64,000 bases of DNA from Burkholderiales bacterium (GCA_036274775.1 DASUFB010000049.1:8068-72067); one strand, 5' to 3'; positions 15,672 to 28,390 are shown, counted from the stretch's first letter. The notes: generated by a model from the sequence alone, not told the origin. Program-made: numbers and translations.

Positions 15672-17426
15672 ATGAGCGCGACCGTACCGGACCTCCGCAC
15701 CCACCTAGCCGATCTCCTGCAGGACGCGCAACGCCGGGCCGTGGCCGACGCTCCCGCCGTGCCCGTCGTGCTGGAGCGGCCGAAGTCCGCGCAATTCGGC
15801 GACTACGCCAGCAACATCGCCATGCAGCTGGCGAAGGCGACGAAGCGCAATCCGCGCGACATCGCGCAACGGATCGTCGGGGCGCTTGCGCCCTCCGCGC
15901 TGCTGGAGAAGGCGGAAGTCGCCGGCGCAGGATTCATCAATCTCTATCTCAGGCCGGAGGCGAAGCAGCAGGTCGTCAGGCAGGTGCTCGAGGGGCGCGG
16001 GGCCTATGGCCGCAGCGGCATCGGCCGCGGAATCAAGGTGCAGATCGAGTTCGTCTCCGCCAATCCGACCGGTCCGCTGCACGTCGGCCACGGTCGCGGT
16101 GCCGTGTTCGGCGACAGCCTGGCGAACCTGCTCGACGCCGCGGGCTACACCGTGCAGCGCGAGTACTACATCAACGACGCCGGACGGCAGGTGGACATCC
16201 TCTGCGTATCGGTCTGGGTCCGCTATCTCGAGCTCTGCGGCGAAGCGGTCGCTTTCCCGGCGAACGGGTACCGCGGCGACTACGTGCGCGCCAGGGCGCA
16301 GGAGATCAGGGCCGACGCGGGCGAGCGCCTGCGGCGCCCGGCTGCCGCCGCGCTGGCCGGGCTGCCCGAGGCCGCGGACGCCGACGAGGACGCCGTGGAA
16401 GCGCGCATGGACGCGCTGATCGAGCGTGCGCGCGCGCTGCTCGGCGGGGATTTCGACTATCTCGGCCGCTTCGTGCTGGAACGCCAGGTCGCCGAGATAC
16501 GCGACGTGCTCGCGAAGTTTGGCGTCGAGTTCGACGCGTGGTTCTCGGAGCGGTCGCTTTATGCGTCGGGACGCGTGGCCGATGCGCTCGCGGTGCTCGG
16601 CAAGGCAGGGCATCTCTACGAGAAGGACGGTGCGCGCTGGTTCCGCTCGACCGCGTTCGGCGACGACAAGGACCGCGTGGTGCAGAGGGAAAACGGCCTG
16701 TACACCTACTTCGCATCGGACATCGCCTACCATTTCGACAAGCTGCAGCGCGGTTTCGACATCCTGATCGACGTATGGGGCGCGGACCATCACGGCTACA
16801 TCCCGCGCGTGCGTGCTGCGATGCAGGCCCTGGGCCGCGACCCGTGCAAGCTCGAGGTGCCGCTCATCCAGCTCGTGGCGCTGTACCGCGGCGGCGAGCC
16901 CGTGCGCATGGGCAAGCGCAGCGGAAGCTTCGTCACGCTCGAGGAGCTCGTCGAGGAGGCCGGCGTGGACGCAACGCGCTATTTCTACCTTGCGCGCAAG
17001 TGCGACCAGCACCTGGATTTCGACCTCGACCTGGCCAAGTCCCAGAGCAACGACAATCCCGTGTACTACATCCAGTACGCGCATGCCCGCGTCTGCTCGG
17101 TCATGGAGCAATGGGGCGGCGACGAGGCCGGGCTGGTCAACGCCGGGCTGGCGCCGCTCGTTGAAGAGCAGGAGCTGCAACTGCTGCAGAAGCTGCTCGA
17201 CTATCCCGAGCAGATAGAGAGCGCGGCGCGCGACCGGGCGCCGCACCAGATCGCGTTCTACCTGAAGGACCTCGCCGCGGCCTTCCACAGCTACTACAAC
17301 TCCACGCGCATGCTCGTCGACGGCGACGGGGTGAAACTGGCGAGGCTCGCACTGGTGGCCGCGGTCAGTCAGGTCCTGCGCAACGGTCTCGCCGTGCTCG
17401 GGGTCGGCGCACCCCGGAAAATGTGA
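15672..17426 (+). CDS. argS: Arginine--tRNA ligase
   Basis: 584 aa. Class I HIGH-type motif (PTGPLHVGHGRG), MGKRSG (KMSKS-like), and the conserved C-terminal anticodon-binding domain. Confidence 0.96.
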   Translation: MSATVPDLRTHLADLLQDAQRRAVADAPAVPVVLERPKSAQFGDYASNIAMQLAKATKRNPRDIAQRIVGALAPSALLEKAEVAGAGFINLYLRPEAKQQVVRQVLEGRGAYGRSGIGRGIKVQIEFVSANPTGPLHVGHGRGAVFGDSLANLLDAAGYTVQREYYINDAGRQVDILCVSVWVRYLELCGEAVAFPANGYRGDYVRARAQEIRADAGERLRRPAAAALAGLPEAADADEDAVEARMDALIERARALLGGDFDYLGRFVLERQVAEIRDVLAKFGVEFDAWFSERSLYASGRVADALAVLGKAGHLYEKDGARWFRSTAFGDDKDRVVQRENGLYTYFASDIAYHFDKLQRGFDILIDVWGADHHGYIPRVRAAMQALGRDPCKLEVPLIQLVALYRGGEPVRMGKRSGSFVTLEELVEEAGVDATRYFYLARKCDQHLDFDLDLAKSQSNDNPVYYIQYAHARVCSVMEQWGGDEAGLVNAGLAPLVEEQELQLLQKLLDYPEQIESAARDRAPHQIAFYLKDLAAAFHSYYNSTRMLVDGDGVKLARLALVAAVSQVLRNGLAVLGVGAPRKM

Positions 17427-17440
17427 GTAAACTTTCCGCC

Positions 17441-18031
17441 ATGAGCCGCGACTACAAGCACGTCCGGGCAGCCTCCGCCACCACTGCGCGCAGCGGCCCG
17501 TCGATGTGGACGGGCATCCTCATCGGCCTGCTCGTCGGCCTGTGCATCGCGCTCGGCGTCGCCCTGTACATCAACAAGGGCGCCAATCCGTTCACGCAGA
17601 AGCCGAAGGGTGTCGACAAGCCGGCCGAGAAGCCCGTCGAGGCGCCGCAGGCACCGGCGGCGGGACAGGCGCCTGCCACGGCTTCCGGCGACAAGCATGC
17701 GAAGCCGCGTTTCGACTTCTACAAGATCCTGCCCGGCACCGAGGAAGCGGTGACGGACAAGGAGTTCAAGCGCGCGTCGCCGGCGGCGGCCAGGGAGGTC
17801 TATTTCCTGCAGGTGGCCGCGTTCCAGAACCCTTCGGATGCCGACAACCTCAAGGCGCGGCTGGCGCTGGCCGGCATCGAGGCGCAGATCCAGACGGCGA
17901 CGCTGCCGGACGGCCAGGTCTGGCATCGCGTGCGTGTCGGTCCGTTCTCGAGCCAGGACGAGCTCGCGAAATCGAGGGCCGCGCTCAAGGAAAACAAGCT
18001 GGAGGCGAACCTGATCAAGGTCCGCGAATAG
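17441..18031 (+). CDS. SPOR domain-containing membrane protein (FtsN/DedD-like)
   Basis: N-terminal TM segment (MWTGILIGLLVGLCIALGVALYI), low-complexity linker, C-terminal SPOR domain (YFLQVAAFQNPSDADNLKARLALAGIEAQI...WHRVRVGPFSSQDELAKSRAAL). ATG 17441 is preferred; the alternative GTG 17423 overlaps the argS stop. Confidence 0.8.
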   Translation: MSRDYKHVRAASATTARSGPSMWTGILIGLLVGLCIALGVALYINKGANPFTQKPKGVDKPAEKPVEAPQAPAAGQAPATASGDKHAKPRFDFYKILPGTEEAVTDKEFKRASPAAAREVYFLQVAAFQNPSDADNLKARLALAGIEAQIQTATLPDGQVWHRVRVGPFSSQDELAKSRAALKENKLEANLIKVRE

Positions 18032-18060
18032 CAGGCTTCTTTCAATTACACGGAACAGCC

Positions 18061-18726
18061 ATGAATCGACTGCATCGCCTAGTGACGACCGCCGTGCTCG
18101 CGCTGCTGCCGGGCCTGATGCTCGCATCGCCCGCTGCCGCCAAGCCGGTGCAGGACAAGGATTACAAGCTGGTGGAGCCCGCGCAGCCGCAGGCGTCCAC
18201 GGTGAAGGGCGTGGAAGTGCTGGAATTCTTCAACTATGCCTGCCCGCACTGCTATGAATTCGAGCCCCATCTCAGGGCGTGGCTGAAGAACAAGCCGAAG
18301 AATGCCGATTTCCGCTACGTGCCCGCGGTGTTCAACGACCGCATGATCCCGCTGGCGATGATCTTCTACACGCTCGATGAGATGAATCTCCTCGACAAGC
18401 TGCACGACAAGGTCTACTACGCGATACACCAGCAGCAGGTCAACCTCACGGACCGCGCCACGATCCTGAAATGGATGGGGGAGCAGGGCGTCGACGTGAA
18501 GAAGTTCGAGGCGACTTTCGATTCCTTCAGCATCAACAGCAAGGTCCAGCGGGCGCGCAAGATGACCCGCGACTACCGCATTCCGGGAACGCCTTACCTG
18601 GTCGTGGGCGGGCGATACATGACCGGGCCGTCGATGTCCGTGGGGTCGAACAACGCGGTGGACTACGTCCGCTTCGAGCAGATCCTCAACGAACTGATCG
18701 ACATGAGCAAGGGCGGTGCGCGCTGA
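18061..18726 (+). CDS. dsbA: Thiol:disulfide interchange protein DsbA
   Basis: Signal peptide MNRLHRLVTTAVLALLPGLMLASPAAA. CPHC active site in FFNYACPHCYEFEP. Confidence 0.92.
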   Translation: MNRLHRLVTTAVLALLPGLMLASPAAAKPVQDKDYKLVEPAQPQASTVKGVEVLEFFNYACPHCYEFEPHLRAWLKNKPKNADFRYVPAVFNDRMIPLAMIFYTLDEMNLLDKLHDKVYYAIHQQQVNLTDRATILKWMGEQGVDVKKFEATFDSFSINSKVQRARKMTRDYRIPGTPYLVVGGRYMTGPSMSVGSNNAVDYVRFEQILNELIDMSKGGAR

Positions 18727-18741
18727 TCCGCCGCCGGCGGA

Positions 18742-19377
18742 ATGCTGAAGCGCTGGCTCCTGGTGCCGGTCTTGGCCCTTGCGGTGCTCGCCGCCGGGGC
18801 GGCAGCGGAAGAACCGGTGCAGGACGTGGACTACGTCCTCATCGACCCGCAGCCGGTCATGCCCGGCAAGATCGAGGTCATCGAGTTCTTCTACTACGGC
18901 TGCGAATCCTGCAACCGCCTGGAGCCGCGCCTGCAATCCTGGATGGCGGGCCTCGCCGATGACGTTTCCTTCCGCCGCGTCCCGGCGATCCGCCGCACCG
19001 CGTGGGTGCCCCTCACCCGCCTGTATTTCGCGCTTGACCAGCTGGGTGAGATCGACCGGCTGCACGCGCAGGTGTACCGCGCCGTGCACGGCGCCGGGTT
19101 GAATCCTTCCGACGTGCCCGCGCTGGAAGCCTGGGCGCGCGAGCACGGGCTCGACGCCGGCAAGCTGGAGCAGCTCATGGATTCGGACGCCATCCGCGAC
19201 CGCGTGCAGCGCGCCCACGACGAGACGGTGGCCTACGGCGTCCGCGCCACGCCGTCGTTCGTCGTGGACGGAAAATACCTGACCGAAGCCGGCATGGCGG
19301 GCAGCGCCGACGCCCTGCTGGGGATCGTCGACGGCCTCGTCGACAAGGCGCGGGCCTCGCGGGGCCAGCGCCGGTGA
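18742..19377 (+). CDS. DsbA-family thiol:disulfide oxidoreductase paralog (CESC active site)
   Basis: Signal peptide. Same architecture as the upstream dsbA, but the active site reads FFYYGCESCNRLEP. Confidence 0.85.
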   Translation: MLKRWLLVPVLALAVLAAGAAAEEPVQDVDYVLIDPQPVMPGKIEVIEFFYYGCESCNRLEPRLQSWMAGLADDVSFRRVPAIRRTAWVPLTRLYFALDQLGEIDRLHAQVYRAVHGAGLNPSDVPALEAWAREHGLDAGKLEQLMDSDAIRDRVQRAHDETVAYGVRATPSFVVDGKYLTEAGMAGSADALLGIVDGLVDKARASRGQRR

Positions 19378-20144
19378 CGGCGGCCGGCGTCTTCATCACC
19401 GGCGCGTCCAGCGGCATCGGCCGGGCGCTCGCGCTCGAATACGCCGCGCGCGGTGCGACGCTGGGCCTGGCCGCCAGGCGCGAGGACGTGCTTTCGCAGT
19501 TCGCCGCGTCATTGCCGGCGCGGTGCTACACCTACGCGCTCGACGTGGCCGATGCGCAGGCCCTGGCTCAGGCCGCGCGGGATTTCATGTCCCGGGCTGG
19601 TTGTCCGGACGTCGTCATCGCGAACGCGGGCATCAGCGCCGGCACGCTCACGGCCGAAACGGCGGACAACGCCGCGTTCGAGCGCATCCTGGCCACCAAC
19701 GTGACCGGCATGATGCTGACCTTCCAGCCTTTCGTCGAAGCCATGCGCGGGCGGCGCGGCGGCACGCTCGCGGGCATCGCCAGCGTGGCCGGCTTCCGGG
19801 GGCTGCCCGGCGCGGCCGCATACAGCGCTTCCAAGGCGGCGGCGATTTCCTATCTGGAAAGCCTGCGCGTGGAGCTGGCCGGCAGCGGCGTGTCCGTGGT
19901 CACGATCTGCCCGGGCTACGTCGCCACGCCGATGACGGCAGGCAATCCCTATCGCATGCCCTTCCTGATGGATGCCGGCAAGGCCGCGGCGAAAATGGCA
20001 CGCGCGATCGATGCGCGCCGGCGCTTTTACGTGCTGCCCTGGCAGATGGCGATGGTCGGCTGGGTGTTGCGGAGATTGCCGCGCCCGCTCTACGACCTGC
20101 TGTTCAAGCGGGCCCCGCGCAAGCCCCGGCGCGCGGCTTCCTGA
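19374..20144 (+). CDS. Short-chain dehydrogenase/reductase (SDR) family oxidoreductase
   Basis: GTG start overlapping the previous stop. Motifs TGASSGIG, NAG and YSASK. Confidence 0.88.
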   Translation: MTAAGVFITGASSGIGRALALEYAARGATLGLAARREDVLSQFAASLPARCYTYALDVADAQALAQAARDFMSRAGCPDVVIANAGISAGTLTAETADNAAFERILATNVTGMMLTFQPFVEAMRGRRGGTLAGIASVAGFRGLPGAAAYSASKAAAISYLESLRVELAGSGVSVVTICPGYVATPMTAGNPYRMPFLMDAGKAAAKMARAIDARRRFYVLPWQMAMVGWVLRRLPRPLYDLLFKRAPRKPRRAAS

Positions 20145-20167
20145 TCCCGCGGTGCGGCGGGCACCGG

Positions 20168-20821
20168 TCAGCGCAACGCGATCCCCAGCACGGACTCGAG
20201 CTCGGCGATCGCCGCGGCGGGATCCTCGACCTTGATGGTGCGCATGCCCATCGCGCGCGCGGGCTTGAGATTCGGCCCGAGGTCGTCGAGATAGACCGCT
20301 TCCTCGGGCCGGATGCCGAGCTGCACGCACGCCAGCTCGAAGAACCGCGGCTCCGGCTTGCGCACGCCCAGCCTGGAAGATTCGATGATCGTGTCGAACA
20401 GATTCATCACGGACTGCCAGCGCGCGGCGCGCTCCGGGTCGCGGTCGAAGCCGCGACGGGGCCCGGCAGCGACGTTGTTGGTGACGCAGGCGTTGGCGTA
20501 GTGCTCCTTGGAAGCGCGCAGCGCTGCGACCATGGCGGGGCGTACCTCGCCGTAGACGAGGTCGATCACGTCCAATCCGCGCACCTCGTGCCCAGCACGT
20601 ATCGCTTCTTCAGCGAAGGCGGCATCGAACTCGGCGGGACTCAGCTCCGAGCGCTCGAAGCGGGCCCATGCGTTGGTGTCCGGGTTGCGGGCATTGATGC
20701 CGCGCAGGAAGTTGTCCGGCAGTCCGCGCTCCTTCTCGAAACGCCGGAATGCGAGGAAGGGGCTTTCGGTCATGACGCCGCCGAAGTCCCAGAGCACGGC
20801 GCGAATCGCGGCGTTCCGCAT
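20168..20821 (-). CDS. HAD-superfamily hydrolase (subfamily IA)
   Basis: Start MRNAAIRAVLWDFGGVM (DxG/DxD nucleophile motif) and C-terminal YLDDLGPNLKPARAMGM motif. The rest of the track ORF upstream is an over-extension. Confidence 0.85.
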   Translation of the reverse strand: MRNAAIRAVLWDFGGVMTESPFLAFRRFEKERGLPDNFLRGINARNPDTNAWARFERSELSPAEFDAAFAEEAIRAGHEVRGLDVIDLVYGEVRPAMVAALRASKEHYANACVTNNVAAGPRRGFDRDPERAARWQSVMNLFDTIIESSRLGVRKPEPRFFELACVQLGIRPEEAVYLDDLGPNLKPARAMGMRTIKVEDPAAAIAELESVLGIALR

Positions 20822-20823
20822 CG

Positions 20824-21294
20824 CTATTTCTTTTTTGCGGCCTTGTAGGCGTCCACGGCGCGCTTGAGCTCCTTGAGCTCCTCGCAGGGGATCGGTGAAC
20901 AAAGCCGTTGCAGCTCGGCGAGGTGCTGCTCGGCCTTCGGCAGGTTGTCCACCATGAGGTAGGCCTCGCCGACGTACTCGTGCGCATGGCGGTTCGACGG
21001 ATCGAGCTTGAGCGCCTCGCCGTACTGCGCGAAGGACGCGTCGAGGTTGCCGCTCTTGCGGTAGGCATAGCCCAGCAGGCTGTGCGCGTCCGAATTCCCG
21101 GGTTCGCTCTGCACGGCCTGCGTGAGCAGCCCGATCGCCTTCTTCCAGTCCTGCGCCGCCAGTGCCTTTTTGCCCTCCTGATAGTTCGGATTGCTGCTTT
21201 CGGATTCGTCCGCGCCCATGTTGGCGTGCGCGTGCGCGGTGACGAGCATCCAGACCAGCAGCATTCCGGTACATGAACGCAGCAGTCGAACCAT
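20824..21294 (-). CDS. Secreted TPR-repeat protein
   Basis: SD AAGGAGG lies 5 nt before ATG 21294. Signal peptide MVRLLRSCTGMLLVWMLVTAHAHA, followed by TPR-like repeats (AHSLLGYAYRKSGNLDASFAQYGEALKLDPSNRHAHEYVGEAYL). Confidence 0.75.
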   Translation of the reverse strand: MVRLLRSCTGMLLVWMLVTAHAHANMGADESESSNPNYQEGKKALAAQDWKKAIGLLTQAVQSEPGNSDAHSLLGYAYRKSGNLDASFAQYGEALKLDPSNRHAHEYVGEAYLMVDNLPKAEQHLAELQRLCSPIPCEELKELKRAVDAYKAAKKK

Positions 21295-21305
21295 ATCTTC
21301 CTCCT

Positions 21306-23123
21306 TCATTCCACGGTGACGGACTTTGCGAGGTTGCGCGGCTTGTCGACGTCCGTGCCGCGTGCGAGCGCCGTGTGATAGGCAAGCAGTTGCAACGGTA
21401 CCACGTGCAGGATCGGCGACAGGTCGCCGTAGTGCTCCGGCAGCCGGATCACATGCATGCCGTTTTCCGCGGCCATGCGGGTGTCCGCGTCCGCACACAC
21501 GTAGAGCTCGCCGCCGCGCGCCCGCACTTCCATCATGTTGCTCTTGAGCTTCTCCAGCAATGCATCGTTCGGCGCCACCGTGATCACCGGCATGGCCTCG
21601 GTCACCAGCGCGAGCGGGCCGTGCTTCAGTTCCCCGGCGGGGTAGGCCTCGGCATGGATGTAGCTGATCTCCTTCAGCTTGAGCGCGCCTTCCATGGCGA
21701 TCGGATAGTGCAGCCCGCGGCCCAGGAACAACGCGTCCTCCTTGCTCGCGAAGCGTTCGCTCCAGGCGATCAGGTGGGGCTCCAGCGCCAGCACGCTCTG
21801 CACGGCCGCCGGCAGGTGGCGCAGGCGCTTCAGGGCATCGGCCTCGGCCCGCGCATCCAGCCGGCCCTTCGTCGCGGCGAGCGAGTTGGCCAGCAGGTAC
21901 AGTGCGACGAGCTGCGTCGTGAACGCCTTGGTCGACGCCACGCCGATTTCGACGCCGGCGCGGGTCAGGAACTGCAGCGCGGTTTCCCGCACCATGGCGC
22001 TGGTGGCGACGTTGCAGACGGCGAGCGTGCCGTGCATGCCGAGCGATTGCGCATGCTTGAGCGCGGCCAGCGTATCGGCAGTTTCCCCCGACTGCGAGAT
22101 CACGACCACCAGCGTCGCGGGGTCGGGCACCGACGTGCGGTAGCGGTACTCGCTGGCTATTTCCACGGTGGTCGGGATGCGCGCAATGGCTTCGATCCAG
22201 TAGCGCGCAACGCAGCCGGCATAGTAGCTGGTCCCGCACGCCAGGATCAGCACGCGGTCGATGCGCGCGAACGCAGCGGCCGCGCCGTCGCCGAACAGCG
22301 AGGGATCGAGCCCGGCGACCTGCTCGAGCGTGTCGGCGATCGCACGCGGCTGCTCGAAGATCTCCTTCTGCATGTAATGGCGGTACGGGCCGAGGTCGAC
22401 CGTGCCCAGGGCAACCTTGACCGTGCGCACGGGCCGCTCGACGGGGGCGCCGTCGCGGTCGAAGACCGCCACGCGCGCGGTGCGCACGTCGGCCACGTCG
22501 CCTTCCTGCAGGTAGACGATGCGGTCCGTCGTGCCGGCGAGCGCCATGGCGTCGCTGGCAAGGAAGTTCTCGCCGTTCCCGAGCCCGGCCACGAGCGGCG
22601 AGCCCAGCCGCGCGCCCACCACGCGGCCCGGCTCCGATTTCGCGACCACGCCGATGGCGTAGGCGCCGCGGAAACGGGCGATCGCCCCGCGCACGGCCTC
22701 GAGCAGGTCGCCGCGATACAGGCTGTGGATCAGGTGGGCGATGGCCTCGCTGTCCGTCGCGCTTTCGAACGCATAGCCGGCGCGCTGCAGGTCCGCCCGG
22801 ATCTCCTCATAGTTCTCGATGATGCCGTTGTGGACGACCGCGATCTCCCCGCGCGAGAAATGCGGGTGTGCGTTGTTCGTGACGGGTGCGCCGTGCGTGG
22901 CCCAGCGCGTGTGGGCGATGCCGGTTGCGGCCTGGATGCCGTCCTGCTCGACCTGGCCGGACAGGTCGGCCACGCGCTGGACGCTGCGCGCGCGCCTCAG
23001 CCCGCCGGCGGTCACGACGGCCACGCCGCAGGAATCGTAGCCGCGGTATTCCAGCCTTTTCAGGCCTTCGACGAGGACGGGGACGATGTTGCGCGCGGAG
23101 GCCGCGCCGACGATTCCACACAT
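21306..23123 (-). CDS. glmS: Glutamine--fructose-6-phosphate aminotransferase
   Basis: MCGIVGA N-terminal nucleophile, two SIS domains, C-terminal ...[12 protein letters not shown]. Confidence 0.97.
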   Translation of the reverse strand: MCGIVGAASARNIVPVLVEGLKRLEYRGYDSCGVAVVTAGGLRRARSVQRVADLSGQVEQDGIQAATGIAHTRWATHGAPVTNNAHPHFSRGEIAVVHNGIIENYEEIRADLQRAGYAFESATDSEAIAHLIHSLYRGDLLEAVRGAIARFRGAYAIGVVAKSEPGRVVGARLGSPLVAGLGNGENFLASDAMALAGTTDRIVYLQEGDVADVRTARVAVFDRDGAPVERPVRTVKVALGTVDLGPYRHYMQKEIFEQPRAIADTLEQVAGLDPSLFGDGAAAAFARIDRVLILACGTSYYAGCVARYWIEAIARIPTTVEIASEYRYRTSVPDPATLVVVISQSGETADTLAALKHAQSLGMHGTLAVCNVATSAMVRETALQFLTRAGVEIGVASTKAFTTQLVALYLLANSLAATKGRLDARAEADALKRLRHLPAAVQSVLALEPHLIAWSERFASKEDALFLGRGLHYPIAMEGALKLKEISYIHAEAYPAGELKHGPLALVTEAMPVITVAPNDALLEKLKSNMMEVRARGGELYVCADADTRMAAENGMHVIRLPEHYGDLSPILHVVPLQLLAYHTALARGTDVDKPRNLAKSVTVE

Positions 23124-23133
23124 GGCCCGGCGC

Positions 23134-24498
23134 CTACTTCTTCTTCACGGGTCGTTTCCAGGCGGCGATCGACGTCTGTCTGGCACGCGACACCGTGAGC
23201 GCGTCGGCGGGCGCGTCCTTCGTGACGGTGCTGCCGGCGCCGATCGTCGCGTTGCGCCCGACGGTGACCGGCGCGACCAACTGGGAGTCGGAGCCGATGA
23301 AGGCGCCGTCTTCGATGACCGTTCTGTGCTTGTTCGCTCCGTCGTAGTTGCACGTGATGGTGCCGGCGCCGACGTTGACGTCCCGGCCTATGGTTGCGTC
23401 GCCCAGGTAAGTCAGGTGGTTGGCCTTGGACCCGTCGCCGAGCTCGGCGGCCTTGGTCTCGACGAAATTGCCCACGTGCACGCCGTCGCCCAGCCTGGTA
23501 CCCGGCCGCAGGCGCGCGAACGGCCCGATCCTGCAGCCACGGCCCGCGCTGGCGCCATCGAGATGAGAATACGGCAGCACCTCGCAGCCGGCGCCGAGAT
23601 CCGCATCGCGCACGACGCAGCCGGCGCCGATGCGCACGCCGTCGCCCAGGCGCACGCTGCCCTCGAAGACGCAGTTGGCGTCGATGAAGACGTCCTGCCC
23701 GCACTCGATTTCGCCGCGCTGGTCGAAGCGCCACGGGTCGGCGAGCGTGGCCCCGAGCTCCATCAGGGCGCGCGCGTTCTGCAGCTGGTGGATGCGCTCG
23801 AGCCGGGCGAGCTGCTCCTTGCTGTTCACGCCCAGGATTTCCCATTCGTCGGCCGGCTGCGCCGCGCTCACGGGCGTGCCGGACCCGATGGCGAGCGCCA
23901 CGACGTCGGTCAGGTAATACTCCTTCTGCGCGTTGCGGTCCGTGAGCTGCGGCAGCCATGCGCGCAGCCCGTCAGTGGGCGCGCACAGGATGCCGGTATT
24001 GATCTCACGGATCGTCTTTTCACGCGGGGTCGCGTCCTTGTCCTCGACGATGCGCACGATGTCGCCGCCGCGACCGCGCACGATGCGGCCATAACCCGAC
24101 GGGTCGGCGAGCGTGGCGGTCAACAGCCGCAGGCCGGCGCCGTTCACGAGGCCCGCCAGGGTCGAGCCCCGCGTGAGCGGAACGTCACCGTAGAGCACCA
24201 GCGTGCTGCCGCCCGCGAGCAGATGCGGTGCGGCCTGTTGCACGGCGTGGCCGGTGCCGAGTTGCGGCTCCTGCAGCACGAAGGTAGCGCCGCTCTGCGC
24301 AAAAGCGGATGGGACGGCTTCGCCGCCGTGGCCGTAGACCACGATGGTGCGGTCGGCCCCGAGCGCTCTGGCGCGATCGAGCACATGGGCGAGCATCGGC
24401 TTGCCGCCGACGGCATGCAGCACCTTCGGCAACACGGAACGCATGCGCGTTCCCTTGCCCGCTGCGAGGATCACGACGTTTAGGGGCGCTTTTTTCAC
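23134..24498 (-). CDS. glmU: Bifunctional UDP-N-acetylglucosamine pyrophosphorylase / GlcN-1-P acetyltransferase
   Basis: [14 protein letters not shown] motif 6 codons after in-frame GTG 24498. Left-handed beta-helix hexapeptide repeats in the C-terminal half. Lies upstream of glmS. Start codon choice is uncertain. Confidence 0.93.
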   Translation of the reverse strand: MKKAPLNVVILAAGKGTRMRSVLPKVLHAVGGKPMLAHVLDRARALGADRTIVVYGHGGEAVPSAFAQSGATFVLQEPQLGTGHAVQQAAPHLLAGGSTLVLYGDVPLTRGSTLAGLVNGAGLRLLTATLADPSGYGRIVRGRGGDIVRIVEDKDATPREKTIREINTGILCAPTDGLRAWLPQLTDRNAQKEYYLTDVVALAIGSGTPVSAAQPADEWEILGVNSKEQLARLERIHQLQNARALMELGATLADPWRFDQRGEIECGQDVFIDANCVFEGSVRLGDGVRIGAGCVVRDADLGAGCEVLPYSHLDGASAGRGCRIGPFARLRPGTRLGDGVHVGNFVETKAAELGDGSKANHLTYLGDATIGRDVNVGAGTITCNYDGANKHRTVIEDGAFIGSDSQLVAPVTVGRNATIGAGSTVTKDAPADALTVSRARQTSIAAWKRPVKKK

Positions 24499-24526
24499 GA
24501 AGTCGGCAGGGGTCCGGCGCGACCGA

Positions 24527-26059
24527 TTATCGCACAAGCACAATGCGCGGTCGCGGCGGCGCTTCGCTGCTGCGGTCCGGTGCGGCACCTTGCACGTTGG
24601 CCCATTCGAGCAACGCGTCCTGCGCCGCCTGCGCGGCGCGCGCCTGCGGATGATTGATGATCATGACCACCGCGAGCACGTCCATGTTCGCATCGAGGCT
24701 GTAGCCGGCCAGCGCGCGCACGCCCTCCAGGTAGCCGGTTTTCATGTGGGAGCGACCGGCGGCCGGCGAGGCCGCCAGCCGCTTCTTCAGCGTGCCGTCG
24801 ACACCGGCGAGCGACAGCGACGCGGCGAATTCCGGCATCAGCGGGCTGCGGTAGGCCGCGGCCAGCAGTTCCCCGAGATGGCGCGCGCTGATCCGGTCCG
24901 TGCGCGACAGCCCGGCTCCGTTCTCGACGGCGAGCTCGGGGAACGCCAGCCCGCGATGCTCCAGCCACCCGGACACGGTCGCACGCGATTTTTCCAGCGT
25001 GGCGGGCGCGCCATCGCGCGCGCCCAGCGTCAGGAAGAGCTGTCGCGCCATGACGTTGACGCTGTACTTGTTGATTTCGCGCACCACGTCGGCGAGCGGC
25101 GGTGACTCCCATGTGGCGAGCAGCGTCGCGCCGGCGGGCAGCTCCGCCGGTCGCGCGCGGCCGTTCCACTCGCCGCCGACCTGCGCCCAGAGCTGGCGGA
25201 ACAGCGATTGCGCGTAGTCGTCGGCGGAGAGCTCGCTGAAATAGCGGAATTTCTCGCCGCATCCCCCCGGGTATGTGCCGGAGAATTCCAGCACATCCTC
25301 GCGCAGCGACGGCTCGTCGGGCCAGTCGTTGCAATCGCCCGGCGCGAGACGCAGGCCATTTACGACCATGAGCTGCGGCAGCTCGGGCTCCGCGTGGATG
25401 GCGACCGTGCCGCGCACCTCGTCCGGCACGAATTGCAGGCGCAATGCCCGGGAATTGATCAGCAGTGCGTCGGCGCCGGTGTTGTAAGGGCGGGACGGTT
25501 CGTTGTCGAAGGCGGCCGGGTCGTGCGGTTCGATGGAGAAATAGCTCCGATCGAGCAGCAGGTCGCCGTCGATCTCCCGCAGGCCGCGGCGGCGAAGGTC
25601 GCGCAGGAACATCCACAGGCTGGGCAAGTCGAGCTTCGGGTCGCCGTAGCCTTTGAGCGCGAGATTGCCGGAAAGCCTGCCGCCATCCAGCCTGCCGTCG
25701 AGCCAGGCTTCGGTCTTCCATTTGTACGCGGGCCCCAGCAGCTCGAGCGCGGCGAATGTCGTGACCAGCTTCATCGCGGATGCCGGGTTCAGTGCAGCGT
25801 CGGCACCGATGGACAGCAGCTCGCGTCCGGTGGTGAGGTCGCGCACGTAAAGGCCCACGCTGTCTTCCGGTACGCCGGCCCGGGCGAGCGCGGCCGACAC
25901 GGCTGGCGGCATGACGTCTGCGGCGACGCTGCGGATGCTGGCGCCAAGCGACAGGCAGGCCGATAACATCACGGCTCCCATCAGCGGCGCCCACGGTGTT
26001 CGCGGCCTCCTGGCGGACGCCCGGCATCTCCGGCATGGGTAAAGGCAGTTCGGGGTCAT
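24527..26059 (-). CDS. dacB: D-alanyl-D-alanine carboxypeptidase/endopeptidase (PBP4 family)
   Basis: Signal peptide, SxxK motif in [13 protein letters not shown]4-type length and C-terminal [14 protein letters not shown] (KTG). Confidence 0.88.
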   Translation of the reverse strand: MTPNCLYPCRRCRASARRPRTPWAPLMGAVMLSACLSLGASIRSVAADVMPPAVSAALARAGVPEDSVGLYVRDLTTGRELLSIGADAALNPASAMKLVTTFAALELLGPAYKWKTEAWLDGRLDGGRLSGNLALKGYGDPKLDLPSLWMFLRDLRRRGLREIDGDLLLDRSYFSIEPHDPAAFDNEPSRPYNTGADALLINSRALRLQFVPDEVRGTVAIHAEPELPQLMVVNGLRLAPGDCNDWPDEPSLREDVLEFSGTYPGGCGEKFRYFSELSADDYAQSLFRQLWAQVGGEWNGRARPAELPAGATLLATWESPPLADVVREINKYSVNVMARQLFLTLGARDGAPATLEKSRATVSGWLEHRGLAFPELAVENGAGLSRTDRISARHLGELLAAAYRSPLMPEFAASLSLAGVDGTLKKRLAASPAAGRSHMKTGYLEGVRALAGYSLDANMDVLAVVMIINHPQARAAQAAQDALLEWANVQGAAPDRSSEAPPRPRIVLVR

Positions 26060-26275
26060 CGGTGATCCGGAGCGGCACGGGCGCAGAAGGGCCGATCATG
26101 CCGGCATCGCGCCGATCACGGAAGGTGCCGGCCGACCATCTGCCTCGCCCAGGATATCGACCGTGGCCGACCGGCCGCAGGCAGCGATTGCTCGTTCCGG
26201 CGGGGGCAGGATCTTATGTAAGCACCTGCTTACATGAAATTGGGCCCCCGTGCGCCCGATCGCGCAGCATTACCC

Positions 26276-26304
26276 TTGAAACAAGGAGGGACGGGCTTTA
26301 TTAT
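26276..26304 (+). promoter_or_regulatory. sigma70-type promoter of groESL (TTGAAA-N17-TATTAT)
   Basis: -35 TTGAAA 26276-26281 (5/6), 17-nt spacer, -10 TATTAT 26299-26304 (5/6). The -35 sits inside CCCTTGAA, which also resembles a sigma32 -35. CIRCE starts at the last base of the -10. Confidence 0.6.
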
Positions 26305-26330
26305 TAGCACTCTCAGGTATTGAGTGCTAA
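26304..26330 (+). promoter_or_regulatory. CIRCE operator (HrcA binding site)
   Basis: TTAGCACTC-tcaggtatt-GAGTGCTAA is a perfect match to TTAGCACTC-N9-GAGTGCTAA, 41 bp upstream of the groES ATG. Confidence 0.93.
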
Positions 26331-26370
26331 CGAGAACCCTTTCTCGATTATCCATAACAAGGAGCCTGTA

Positions 26371-28345
<1,975 letters not shown>

Positions 28346-28390
28346 GCACCCGTGCGCCGGGAAGCCGTGCCGCTTCCCGCGAACCTCGAA

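Noticed and set aside
26275-26303. sigma32 heat-shock promoter for groESL (CCCTTGAA -35).
   Set aside because: The -35 matches, but no CCCCATNT-like -10 is present at 13-15 bp (best match 3/8). The same sequence gives a much better sigma70 promoter (TTGAAA-N17-TATTAT), consistent with CIRCE/HrcA control, so I annotated that instead. A dual promoter cannot be excluded.
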